From Dehalococcoidia bacterium (GTDB lineage Bacteria; Chloroflexota; Dehalococcoidia; Dehalococcoidales; Fen-1064): a stretch of DNA of 64,000 nucleotides. The DNA lies in contig DUFD01000038.1 of NCBI GenBank assembly GCA_011171075.1, positions 6,005-70,004 of the forward strand, read 5' to 3'. Position 1 is the first letter of the stretch. The number at the start of each line of letters is the position of its first letter. Below the pieces are notes generated by a model. That model was not told where the DNA came from and made no database searches. It saw nothing but the letters and a program-made list of their open reading frames with translations. Shown here in pieces: positions 18,030-27,246 of the stretch. A program made the position numbers and the translations under genes.

Positions 18030-18704
18030 ATGGCAAAATCACTGAAAGGAGTCATGCCCGGAGTCATGCTGCTGCTCGTAGCAGCGTTCCTCACAGTGGG
18101 CCTGCTGGCTGCCTGTGATATCTTCGAAACGAAGGCACCGGATGAGGAGTCATCGGATTCTGCAACGCTCCCCGGAGATGATGACTTCGTAACCGACAAC
18201 GGAGGCGCGGTACTGGGTTCTCCCGGCAGCTATAACATCTTCATGCAAATCACAGGTATGATAGGTGAATCGACCGACGACGCCCACGATGAATGGATTG
18301 AAGTCCTATCCTACAGTCACGGTATCTCCCAAGAGGCAGGCTCCGGTACGTCCCGGTCGACAGGACATGGTACACACCAAGACTTCACGATTACGAAAGA
18401 ACTGGACAAGACCTCTCCAAAGCTGGCGCTATACTGCAGCAACAGTCACTACATCGAGGAAGTGACCATAGAGCTGTGCTATACGGACGGTGACCAGGAC
18501 AGATTCATGGAGATAGTGCTTACAGACGTGACTGTAACCTCGGTAATTGTCAACGGCACTGCCGGCAGCGAAGACCGACCAGTAGAGGAAGTGTCCTTCG
18601 CTTATGGCGAAATTCACTGGACGTACACCCAATATGACGAGGGCGGAGCACCCATGGGCAACGTCGAGGCACACTGGAACGTCGAAACAGACACGGGCGG
18701 CTAG
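18030..18704 (+). CDS. Hcp (T6SS tube protein) family domain fused to a lipoprotein signal peptide and linker
   Basis: Lipobox LAAC at C29. From about nt 18231, IFMQITGMIGESTDDAHDEWIEVLSYSHGISQ, FTITKELDKTSPKLALYC and EEVSFAYGEIHWTY align block by block with Hcp1. Confidence 0.8.
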   Translation: MAKSLKGVMPGVMLLLVAAFLTVGLLAACDIFETKAPDEESSDSATLPGDDDFVTDNGGAVLGSPGSYNIFMQITGMIGESTDDAHDEWIEVLSYSHGISQEAGSGTSRSTGHGTHQDFTITKELDKTSPKLALYCSNSHYIEEVTIELCYTDGDQDRFMEIVLTDVTVTSVIVNGTAGSEDRPVEEVSFAYGEIHWTYTQYDEGGAPMGNVEAHWNVETDTGG

Positions 18705-18770
18705 AATATTTTGCCTGTCCCGGGAGGGCAAACAGCTATCGATAAAAAGGCAGCAGGTGGCACAGGCCAG

Positions 18771-20369
18771 TCACCTGCTGCCCCGATGGTCGTTGCTCCA
18801 CTGCCACTGGAAGCCTCCGTCTACAGGCACAGGCTGTATCAGGCCCTCCTGCACCAGCCTCCCCACCTGCTGCTGCACCAAATCATACGGTAAAGACAGT
18901 CTGGTCGTTAGCTGTCCGGCCAGTTCCGCCTCAGCCTCTGCGGGAATGGAACCGGCTACTACACTGGCCGCGGTACCATCACCGATAACGTCCCCCTGAA
19001 GCAGACTCCAGACAAAATCCATGCTTGCCTTGTGCTCCAGCCTGGCAATACAGTCTTTGTTCCCTTCTTCAGCCCACTGCCGGATATCTTTCCAGGCATG
19101 TTCCACCAGCGTATCGTAGTAGGCCATCGCTTCTGCGGCCATCTCGCGGGTCATGGTATCGGTCTCGACAATAGGACGGTTGGCATCGTAGTCGGCCCAG
19201 TCATGACTAAGGATACGCAGCCCGTAGTCGGCGGCCTTCTCATATAGCTCCGTCCCGGGAAGGGGTGACAGCATGTGATAGCCGTACTCGGCACCGTATT
19301 TGCGATTAATCTCTTCAGTGAAGGATATGGCCTTCTGGATGGTGTCCGGGCTCTCGCCAGGCAGACCGATAATGAAAGAGCAGTAGACCTGTATACCGGC
19401 ACCGGTGGCTATCCTCACCCCGTTTCTCACGTCGTCGGTGGTGATGCCTTTCCTTATTGTCTTCAAAATACCTTCGTCGGCGGATTCCACCCCGAAGAGC
19501 ACCATGTTGCAGCCAGACCGCTTCATCAGGGCAGCCAGTTCGTCTGTCATGTTGTCGACGCGGGCAAAGGCGCTCCAGTTAACAGTAAGATTACGTCTCA
19601 GCATCTCCTCGCAGACCTGGTAGGCATGCGGGTGATTGACCGTAAAGGTATCATCAACCACATTGACATACTGGAAACCGTAATCGCGCTGTATCATTTC
19701 GATTTCATCAACCACGAGACCGGGGTCGCGAAAGCGGACTTTCCGTCCCAGCATACGGCGGCCAGAGCAGAAGATACAGCCGTACGGGCAACCACGACTG
19801 GTGATAACGGTGCAGGGAGAGCCGAGGGCGCGGTAACGGGAAAGGGGTATCAGATGGCGTGCCGGTACGGGGAGACTGTCGATATCATCAACGAGCGGTC
19901 TGGGAGACGTTTTCACCAGCGTACCCTGCTCCATAAAGGCGATGCCGGCTGTATCGTGGAGACTACCGCCACCTGCCACAGTCTCGACGAGCTCCACAAC
20001 AGTCCTGTCCCCTTCACCGATGACGACGACATCAATCCAGGGGGCTTCTCGCAGTGTTTCTTCGGGGGTAAAGCTGGCATGGGGCCCACCGATAACGGTC
20101 ACAATATCCGGGTTGACTGACTTGCATACCTGAAGCATCTCGGCTGCCAGGTGGTAGTTCAGGGTCACACAGGTAACACCGACAATCTGGGGCTGGTACT
20201 CTTCGAGTTTCTGTCTGAGTTTTTCCGGGCGATAGTGGGTCACCAGGAAATCAAGGATTTGCACCTCTATCCCGTTACTCTCGAGGGCAGCCGCCAGGTA
20301 GGCAAGCGAGAGTGGAGGAAGCGGGTTTTCTTCCAGAGGGTGTGTCGTACTGATGAGCAGGACGCGCAA
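18771..20369 (-). CDS. B12-binding-domain radical SAM enzyme with a C-terminal extension
   Basis: N-terminal cobalamin-binding-like domain (MRVLLIST...), radical SAM motif CPYGCIFC, and about 90 extra C-terminal residues. Confidence 0.85.
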   Translation of the reverse strand: MRVLLISTTHPLEENPLPPLSLAYLAAALESNGIEVQILDFLVTHYRPEKLRQKLEEYQPQIVGVTCVTLNYHLAAEMLQVCKSVNPDIVTVIGGPHASFTPEETLREAPWIDVVVIGEGDRTVVELVETVAGGGSLHDTAGIAFMEQGTLVKTSPRPLVDDIDSLPVPARHLIPLSRYRALGSPCTVITSRGCPYGCIFCSGRRMLGRKVRFRDPGLVVDEIEMIQRDYGFQYVNVVDDTFTVNHPHAYQVCEEMLRRNLTVNWSAFARVDNMTDELAALMKRSGCNMVLFGVESADEGILKTIRKGITTDDVRNGVRIATGAGIQVYCSFIIGLPGESPDTIQKAISFTEEINRKYGAEYGYHMLSPLPGTELYEKAADYGLRILSHDWADYDANRPIVETDTMTREMAAEAMAYYDTLVEHAWKDIRQWAEEGNKDCIARLEHKASMDFVWSLLQGDVIGDGTAASVVAGSIPAEAEAELAGQLTTRLSLPYDLVQQQVGRLVQEGLIQPVPVDGGFQWQWSNDHRGSR

Positions 20370-20712
20370 AGTCTATCCTTTCTACATTCTCGGCTCATGC
20401 CGAGTAGCTGGACCCCCAGCACACCACCCCGCCAGTACAGAAGCCATTCCGAGACTAGCACTTATTATCTCGTGGTGTCAAGCGATTGATACATCAAATT
20501 TTCCGACTCTATTCTTCCAAACTGTCAATACTGATAATTACTGTCCCGTCCGAAATTTTTCCGAACACAAGGGGACATAAGTACTAAAAGCACACGGACT
20601 AATGGGGCATTTCTGCGGTTATTCACCCTTGCTACACTATTATTAGTGATGGCAATCACTGATATCGCCAGTTAACTAGAGTATACTGCAGCGCAATGGA
20701 GAAACGAGAAAA

Positions 20713-20916
20713 ATGGGAGCATATCTAAGAAGCGAACCTCAGCTAATGACTGTCGCCGAGGTGGCCGAGTACCTGCGTATTTCACGGGCAAGTGTCTATC
20801 GTCTGGTAAGAAGTCGCCAGGTACCGGTGAGCAACGTAGGACGTCAACTACGCTTCCGTCGGGACTCACTCGACAGGTGGTTACAAGGTAAGGAGGCAAG
20901 CAACTACAGAACATAG
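20713..20916 (+). CDS. excisionase/MerR-type helix-turn-helix DNA-binding protein
   Basis: MTVAEVAEYLRISRASVYRLVRSRQVP...LRFRRDSLDRWL is the classic Xis-family HTH. Confidence 0.7.
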   Translation: MGAYLRSEPQLMTVAEVAEYLRISRASVYRLVRSRQVPVSNVGRQLRFRRDSLDRWLQGKEASNYRT

Positions 20917-20971
20917 CATCCGGATAACCGACCACGCTATTCTGACCCGGAGAATCGGCCAAACAGAGAGC

Positions 20972-23695
20972 ATGAGCATGCAGGGACATTCAAAAGAAAA
21001 GCCTGACAAAGCAAGTCTGGGTATAGTGACCGAAGAGCAAGAGGAGGCACTATTCAAGGCCGTATCCTTAAGCTCGCCGGTCGGCATCTACATCGTTCAG
21101 GACAAACGTTTCCGGTACGTTAACACCCGCCTTCTCAAAGATACTGGCTACAGCGAGGAGGAACTACTCGATATGGACCCGCTGCACCTTGTCCTGCCGG
21201 AAGACAGAGAGAGCGTAAGAGAAAACGCAATACAAATGCTGAAAGGCAAGAGTTCACAACCGTATGAGTATCGGGTCGTTACCAAAACCGAAGAAATCCG
21301 CTGGATTCTGGAGACAGTTACTTCCATCCATTATCAGGGGAAACCAGCTACCCTAGGTAACTTCATGAATATCACCGAACGCAAGCAGGCCGAGGAAATT
21401 TTCCAGACCATAACGTTAAGCTCACCTACCAGCATATATATTATGCAGGACGGCAAGTTTATTTTTGCCAATCCCCGGCTGCTCAGTCGTCTTGGCTATA
21501 CTCAGGATGAGCTACTCGGTACCGGAGCCCCTAACCCGGTCCACCCGGAAGACCGTGAGATGGTGAGACTAAATGCGATAGACATGTTGAAGGGTAAGCG
21601 TACCACCCCATATGAATACCGGGTTACTAACAGTAACGGCGAAATCATATGGGTCACGGAGACAGTCGCCTCGATTCAGTATCAGGGGAAACGGGCTGTT
21701 ATGGGTACCCTTCTCGATATCACGGAACGAAAGCAAGCAGAAAACGAACTACGTGAGAGCCGTCGCCGCTTTCGAGACCTAGTAAACCTCCTGCCGCTGG
21801 GTGTCTGGGAGATGGATTCGGAATATAATATCACCTTCGCAAACCAGCAATCTATCACGACCGCTGGCTATGACGAAGAAGAGGTTGCGGCTAACCCCTT
21901 GAATGCCCTTGACACCTGCGTCCCCAAAGACAGAGAAAGGATGCGAGGTAACATCCAGAAAATAATGAACGGCGAGAATCTGGGTGGTATTGAATATACT
22001 CTGGTGAGGAAAGACGGCAGCACTTACCCGGGGCGCTCGTATTCGACACCCATCATCCGGGACGGCAAGACAGTCGGCCTGCGAGGTGTGACCGTCGATA
22101 TTACCGAACAGAAGCAAGCGGAGGAACTTTTCCGTACCGTCTCACTAAACGCACCCTGCGGGATGTATGTTGCCGTAGACAGCCGGTTTGTATTCGTCAA
22201 CCCCCAATTTCTAGAGGATATGGGTTATTCTCAAGAAGAGCTACTTGATACCGAGACGCTAAACCTAGTTCATCCAGATGATCGTGCAATGGTCCGGCAA
22301 AACGCTATCGACATGCTTAAGGGGACACGTTCCACATCCTACGAGTTCCGCTGTATCAGTAAGACTGGAGAGACCAAATGGTTCGTGGAGACGGCTGTTC
22401 CGATACAGTACCAGGGAAAGCGGGCTGCTCTGGGCAACATCCTCGACATCACTGAACGCAAACAGATGGAAGAAGAGCTGGCGAAATACCATGCCCGTCT
22501 TGAGGATATGGTAGAAGACCGTACAGCCAAACTGGAAGAGGCCGAGCGAATGGCCAACACCGACGCCCTGACAGGGCTATTCAATCACCGGTATTTCCAA
22601 GAACGCTTGAACGAAGAAATTGAAAGGTGCTCCCGGTTCGGCGATATTTTCTCACTCATCTTTATTGATATGGACCTCTTTAAGGTATATAACGACACCT
22701 ACGGCCACCTTGCAGGTGATGAAATCCTCAGGCTACTCGGTCAGGTAATAACGCACTCTATCAGGACGATAGACATCGGTTTCCGTTATGGTGGCGACGA
22801 ATTTGCCATCCTACTACCGGGAACTCCTCTTACCGGCGCATCGAGGGTAGCCGAAAGAATACGACAGGGAATAAAGTCGGCAACAGGTGACAAAGGTACA
22901 TCACAGAGCTGTAGCCTGGGCATCGCTTCCTGGCCAACCGATGGGCTAACACGTGAGGAGACCACCCGGGCAGCAGATGCGGCCCTGTATGATGCCAAGC
23001 AGAACGGGAGGGACCGGGTATGTTTAGCATGCGAGGTACCACCTGTCAAAGAAGTCCAGCAAGGGAAAACGGACAACCTGCAAAATGACAGCGCAATTCT
23101 AGATAGAATATACAATCTGGCGGCATCCGTTGACGCCCGTGACCACCATACCCGGGAGCATTCTAAAAAGGTCAGTCAGTATGCTACGAGTATTGCCACG
23201 GCTCTTGGTTATTCACGGGAGATGATTGAGAGAATCCGCACCGCAGCATTATTGCACGATATCGGCAAGATTAGCATCCCCGATCGGTTACTGACGAAGT
23301 CTGAACCTCTGGTCGCCGAAGATTGGGAGTTGATACATGCTCATCCTAATCTGGGGGTATCCATCCTGCAACACGTCGATAGTCTGAGAGATTGCCTGGC
23401 CGCAGTGCAGTACCATCACGAGCGCTATGACGGCACTGGCTACCCGGCCGGCCTTAAAGGTGATAATATTCCGCTGGATGCCCGCATCCTGGCTGTCGCC
23501 GATAGCTATGATGCCATGATATCCCCACGCTCTTACCGTTCAGCATTATCTAATAAGGAAGCAGTTGAAGAGATAAGACGAGGGGCAGGCACTCAGTTCG
23601 ATGCTAAGGTGGTTCAGGCCTTTCTGAGTACGAAGTATACAGATACTGATAAAAAACTACCGGGCCAGGCGTCCGATGCCGAGGTAGTGGTGTAG
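20972..23695 (+). CDS. PAS x4 - GGDEF - HD-GYP c-di-GMP turnover protein
   Basis: Four PAS units each end in ITERKQAEE-like linkers. I-site RTID, A-site RYGGDEF, and HD-GYP motifs HDIGKISIP and HHERYDGTGYP. Confidence 0.9.
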   Translation: MSMQGHSKEKPDKASLGIVTEEQEEALFKAVSLSSPVGIYIVQDKRFRYVNTRLLKDTGYSEEELLDMDPLHLVLPEDRESVRENAIQMLKGKSSQPYEYRVVTKTEEIRWILETVTSIHYQGKPATLGNFMNITERKQAEEIFQTITLSSPTSIYIMQDGKFIFANPRLLSRLGYTQDELLGTGAPNPVHPEDREMVRLNAIDMLKGKRTTPYEYRVTNSNGEIIWVTETVASIQYQGKRAVMGTLLDITERKQAENELRESRRRFRDLVNLLPLGVWEMDSEYNITFANQQSITTAGYDEEEVAANPLNALDTCVPKDRERMRGNIQKIMNGENLGGIEYTLVRKDGSTYPGRSYSTPIIRDGKTVGLRGVTVDITEQKQAEELFRTVSLNAPCGMYVAVDSRFVFVNPQFLEDMGYSQEELLDTETLNLVHPDDRAMVRQNAIDMLKGTRSTSYEFRCISKTGETKWFVETAVPIQYQGKRAALGNILDITERKQMEEELAKYHARLEDMVEDRTAKLEEAERMANTDALTGLFNHRYFQERLNEEIERCSRFGDIFSLIFIDMDLFKVYNDTYGHLAGDEILRLLGQVITHSIRTIDIGFRYGGDEFAILLPGTPLTGASRVAERIRQGIKSATGDKGTSQSCSLGIASWPTDGLTREETTRAADAALYDAKQNGRDRVCLACEVPPVKEVQQGKTDNLQNDSAILDRIYNLAASVDARDHHTREHSKKVSQYATSIATALGYSREMIERIRTAALLHDIGKISIPDRLLTKSEPLVAEDWELIHAHPNLGVSILQHVDSLRDCLAAVQYHHERYDGTGYPAGLKGDNIPLDARILAVADSYDAMISPRSYRSALSNKEAVEEIRRGAGTQFDAKVVQAFLSTKYTDTDKKLPGQASDAEVVV

Positions 23696-23704
23696 GGGTG
23701 GAAT

Positions 23705-24826
23705 ATGGTAATTGAAAGCCTTCTTAGACTGGTTGTTGACGAGCGTGCGTCTGACCTGCACCTCAAGGTGGGCAGCCCACCAGTACTCCGTATAGATGGT
23801 ATCCTTGTACCACAACAAGAACTACCACAGCTTACCGCCCAAGATACGGAATACATCTTCGAACAGGTCACCACGAGCGAACAGAGGAGCATGTTCACAA
23901 GAGACCTTGAGTTAGATTTCGCTTACGGTGTCCATGGTCTTGGACGATTTCGTGTTAGTGTACTACAACAAAGGGGAACACTGAGCCTTGCCTTCCGGGC
24001 TATCCCGTTTAAAATCCCGTCCATTGAAGAATTTGAGCTACCCCAAATCCTGAAGACACTCATTCGCCGGCCAAGAGGGCTAATTCTGGTGACTGGACAT
24101 ACCGGCAGTGGCAAGTCCACTACGCTCACAGCAATGATTAACTATCTGAACGATAATGAACGACGCCACGTTATCATGATAGAAGACCCTATCGAATTCC
24201 TCCACACTGACAACAAGTGCATCATTGTGCAACGAGACCTCGGGGATGACACCAAGGCATTTAACATTGCCCTGGTGAAAGCCCTCCGCCACGACCCGGA
24301 CGTAGTAGTCATCGGTGAAATGCGTGACCTGGACACAATTGCCACGGCTCTCACGGCTGCCGAAACGGGGCACCTGGTGCTTGGCACACTGCATACCAGC
24401 GATGCTGCCCAGACCATTGACCGTATCATTGACGTGTTCCCGCCCAGCCAGCAACGCCAGATCAGAATGCAGTTGGCTCAGGTAATAGAGGCTGTATTAT
24501 CACAAACGCTGCTGCCGCGTATTGAGGGAGGGCGGATAGCCGCCATTGAGGTTATGATTGGCACCCCGGCGGTAAGGAACCTCATCCGTACAGAGAAAGC
24601 CCATGAGTTGGCTACTGTTATCCAGCTTGGCAACAAGGAAGGTATGCAAACACTTGACCAATCACTGGCAGACCTGATTAGACGGGGCATTGTTACCCAA
24701 GAGGAAGCCATGTTTAGAAGCAGCAACCCGGAGCAGCTGCGAGAGCTACTCGCCGGTTCATACGCGACAAATAATATCCCTAGACGACCCTACATGGTTG
24801 GCCTTTCAGAGAACCACCGTACTTAG
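23705..24826 (+). CDS. pilT: type IV pilus retraction ATPase PilT
   Basis: ASDLHL, Walker A GHTGSGKST, Asp box IMIEDPIE, Walker B VVVIGEMRD, His box LVLGTLHT, and a PilT-type AIRNLIRE-like motif. Confidence 0.9.
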   Translation: MVIESLLRLVVDERASDLHLKVGSPPVLRIDGILVPQQELPQLTAQDTEYIFEQVTTSEQRSMFTRDLELDFAYGVHGLGRFRVSVLQQRGTLSLAFRAIPFKIPSIEEFELPQILKTLIRRPRGLILVTGHTGSGKSTTLTAMINYLNDNERRHVIMIEDPIEFLHTDNKCIIVQRDLGDDTKAFNIALVKALRHDPDVVVIGEMRDLDTIATALTAAETGHLVLGTLHTSDAAQTIDRIIDVFPPSQQRQIRMQLAQVIEAVLSQTLLPRIEGGRIAAIEVMIGTPAVRNLIRTEKAHELATVIQLGNKEGMQTLDQSLADLIRRGIVTQEEAMFRSSNPEQLRELLAGSYATNNIPRRPYMVGLSENHRT

Positions 24827-24970
24827 GGGATGGCCAATAATATATTGCTTATCACTTACATTCTTGTTAGAATGTACAGACTGAATAGGTATAACCGCAC
24901 AGTTGCCGGGAAAGCCAAGAGGGATTCAGTTCGAGTTTATAGAGCAGCTATGGTACAGCAAGGAGGAATA

Positions 24971-25726
24971 ATGGCTAAATTAGTATCAGTTGTGTTCATC
25001 GTGGCATGTCTTTTTGTCTTATCCGCCTGTCAGACATCAGTCACTCCGTCGCTAGAAGTCCCTGACCAGAGTATCGAAGATGGTAAGGTCAGTGTTAATG
25101 CAGCAATCGACGCGATTGGCTGGCTAGTTCTCCATCCGGCTACAGAAGCCGGGAGCCCGGACACCAGCGTGGTACTCAAGAAAACATATTTAACCGGTGC
25201 CGGGGAGTGGACCGATATCCAAGTAACGGTACCGATGGCCGTCGGCGAAGAACGCACTATTTTTGCCATGCTTTACTATGATAACCCGATTGACAGAATA
25301 TTCCAACCATCATCTGATAATACCACCGACCCAGTAGTGACGACAGAGAGCGGCATTGTACAGGATTCCTTCACCCTGCCCGGTATCCCGCCATACATCG
25401 AAATAGAGCAGAGTGCCACCACCGGGAAGGTAACCTTCACGTTAGGCCTTGATGCAGCCGGTTGGCTGATACTACGTCCGGAGACGACCGGTGGAGAAAT
25501 GGATACCAGTGTAATTCTTGCCAGGGCTCGCTTCACAGGTGCCGGAGAATATGATCTCACCATAACGCTACCAGGCACTGTTGAAGCAGGCGAGACTATA
25601 TACGCGGTACTCCACTACGATGACCCAACAGATGAAGCGTTTACCTATACTCCGAGTGGTGACGACGACCCACCTGTGCAGGCCGAGGGCAGCGATGTTA
25701 TCGAGTCCTTTGAGGTGAGTGACTAG
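24971..25726 (+). CDS. lipoprotein with two tandem DUF7282-like domains
   Basis: AGGAGG at 24961-24966 precedes the ATG at 24971 (MAKLVSVVFIVACLFVLSAC). Two units of about 105 aa each carry GWLVLHP/GWLILRP ... FAMLYYDNP/YAVLHYDDP. Confidence 0.6.
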   Translation: MAKLVSVVFIVACLFVLSACQTSVTPSLEVPDQSIEDGKVSVNAAIDAIGWLVLHPATEAGSPDTSVVLKKTYLTGAGEWTDIQVTVPMAVGEERTIFAMLYYDNPIDRIFQPSSDNTTDPVVTTESGIVQDSFTLPGIPPYIEIEQSATTGKVTFTLGLDAAGWLILRPETTGGEMDTSVILARARFTGAGEYDLTITLPGTVEAGETIYAVLHYDDPTDEAFTYTPSGDDDPPVQAEGSDVIESFEVSD

Positions 25727-25891
25727 CCATTCAAACAGAGCGTAGCTGGTCTCCGAGTCAAACAGAGTGAGGCAGCAATTAAGCCAATGTAGTCCTTCTC
25801 CCGGACGGGAGCGGCGTGGCGGCCGTTCTTTGATAGGTGACAGGTAATACTTCGCCTGTACCACCGATACTGGTAATGACAGCGTCGAACG

Positions 25892-27094
25892 TTATTTCGC
25901 TCTGCTTCTCAGTAGGAAGAGAGAGCAGACCACCACAATTACTGCCAGGCTACCGCTGATAATCGAGACGCTATGATAGAACCCAATCTTGTCGATAAGG
26001 TACCCTACCAGGGGGGTTAGCAGACCGGCCGCTTCAGCACCGGCAAAGAAGTAAAAACCAAGTATCGTCGCGCGTCGATGTGCCGGGGTATTACCGAAAA
26101 TGTATGACTCTGATGTAGGCATCCGTGTGTTGGTTAACAGGCCTATGGCAACCATTACCACAACTAGCATGGTGACATTGGGCACGATACCAATGAGGTA
26201 GATAAGCGGAGCGGCGACACAACCTACCACAACCATCACCGGCACACTACCGAGTCGGTCGGACAAATAGCCACCCATCGGCGCGGCAAACAGACCAACA
26301 AGAGGCGTAACCGCTATCAGCCGAGCCGCAGTAGCCTCAGTAACACCAAGATAATCAACAGCAAACAGAGAAAGGTAGCCCGAGACAGACTGTACCATGG
26401 TGCCAGTAGCAATACTTATGATAAGAAAAGGCGCCAGTTTTCGCCACTGAATCCTAGTCGGTAGCGCTGGTAAATCACTATTACTGGTCTGGGGTACGGT
26501 ACTCTGAACTTGTGTTCGCCGGCCGATGAGAATATAGAGGACAACCCCGAGTACTATGGTAGGGATGGAAAGCACGAGAAAAGAACTACGCCATCCCCAG
26601 GTAACCGCAATCGGTGCTGCAAGTAGAGGCACTATCCAGAAGGTGGAGCTGCCACCAATCAGATGAACACCAAGCGCCCGGCCGCGGTTCTCGGGGGAGA
26701 CCGATGCCGAAACGGCTGCGGAGGCAGCCGGGTGGTACCCACCTCCAAGTATGGCCGCCAGTACGAGAAAGGCAATCAAGGCCATATATGAATGCGAGAG
26801 TCCAATCATCAAGCCGGCTATGGCTACACCGGAGATACCGAAAACCACGGCCAAACGTACCCCGAAGCGGTCGGCCAACCACCCTGCCGGTAACTGGCTA
26901 ATGCCGCTCGTTACAGAAAATGCCGAAAGGACGAATCCGGACTGGGTGTAGTTGAGGTTGAGGTCGGTACGAATCATCGGCATGAGTGGTCGCAGTGAAG
27001 CACCGATAACGTGATGTCCGAAGTGTGCCAGAACAAAGAGTGGCAGTAAACCGGCAAAGAATACCCGGATGTCAGACTTCTTGATGATAGTCAC
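25892..27094 (-). CDS. MFS transporter
   Basis: 400 aa with about 12 hydrophobic helices and an MFS loop motif (GWLADRFGVR). Confidence 0.85.
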   Translation of the reverse strand: MTIIKKSDIRVFFAGLLPLFVLAHFGHHVIGASLRPLMPMIRTDLNLNYTQSGFVLSAFSVTSGISQLPAGWLADRFGVRLAVVFGISGVAIAGLMIGLSHSYMALIAFLVLAAILGGGYHPAASAAVSASVSPENRGRALGVHLIGGSSTFWIVPLLAAPIAVTWGWRSSFLVLSIPTIVLGVVLYILIGRRTQVQSTVPQTSNSDLPALPTRIQWRKLAPFLIISIATGTMVQSVSGYLSLFAVDYLGVTEATAARLIAVTPLVGLFAAPMGGYLSDRLGSVPVMVVVGCVAAPLIYLIGIVPNVTMLVVVMVAIGLLTNTRMPTSESYIFGNTPAHRRATILGFYFFAGAEAAGLLTPLVGYLIDKIGFYHSVSIISGSLAVIVVVCSLFLLRSRAK

Positions 27095-27246
27095 TTCTAC
27101 GGCGTTCTCGTCATACCGACAAATAAACGGCTGGAGCTGATATGCTCAATTTTAGCAGGTGGTTCTGCTGACTCGCAAACCTGGTATCCGCAAACAAACA
27201 GGACTACAATGGACATTCCATACTTCGAACGGTACAATATTGGGCT

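Noticed and set aside
18030-18704. Possibility that the Hcp gene marks a type VI secretion locus.
   Set aside because: No TssA-M, VgrG, PAAR or ClpV-like genes are anywhere in the 64 kb, and the protein has a lipoprotein signal. I kept it as an orphan, repurposed Hcp finding instead.
21050-22502. Periodic DNA repeats that could suggest a CRISPR array or satellite. The same applies to 13465-14240 and 25030-25723.
   Set aside because: All of them are in-frame coding repeats (PAS units, propeller blades, DUF7282-like domains) with periods of 117-365 nt and divergent sequence. There is no short identical repeat with unique-spacer structure anywhere in the window.
24830-24970. 47-codon N-terminal extension of the DUF7282-like lipoprotein, and similar upstream extensions at 16738-16764, 49555-49605 and 35763-35771.
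   Set aside because: The internal ATGs have better RBSs and yield canonical signal peptides, Rossmann motifs or RsmG N-termini. The extensions look like read-through of the six-frame caller.
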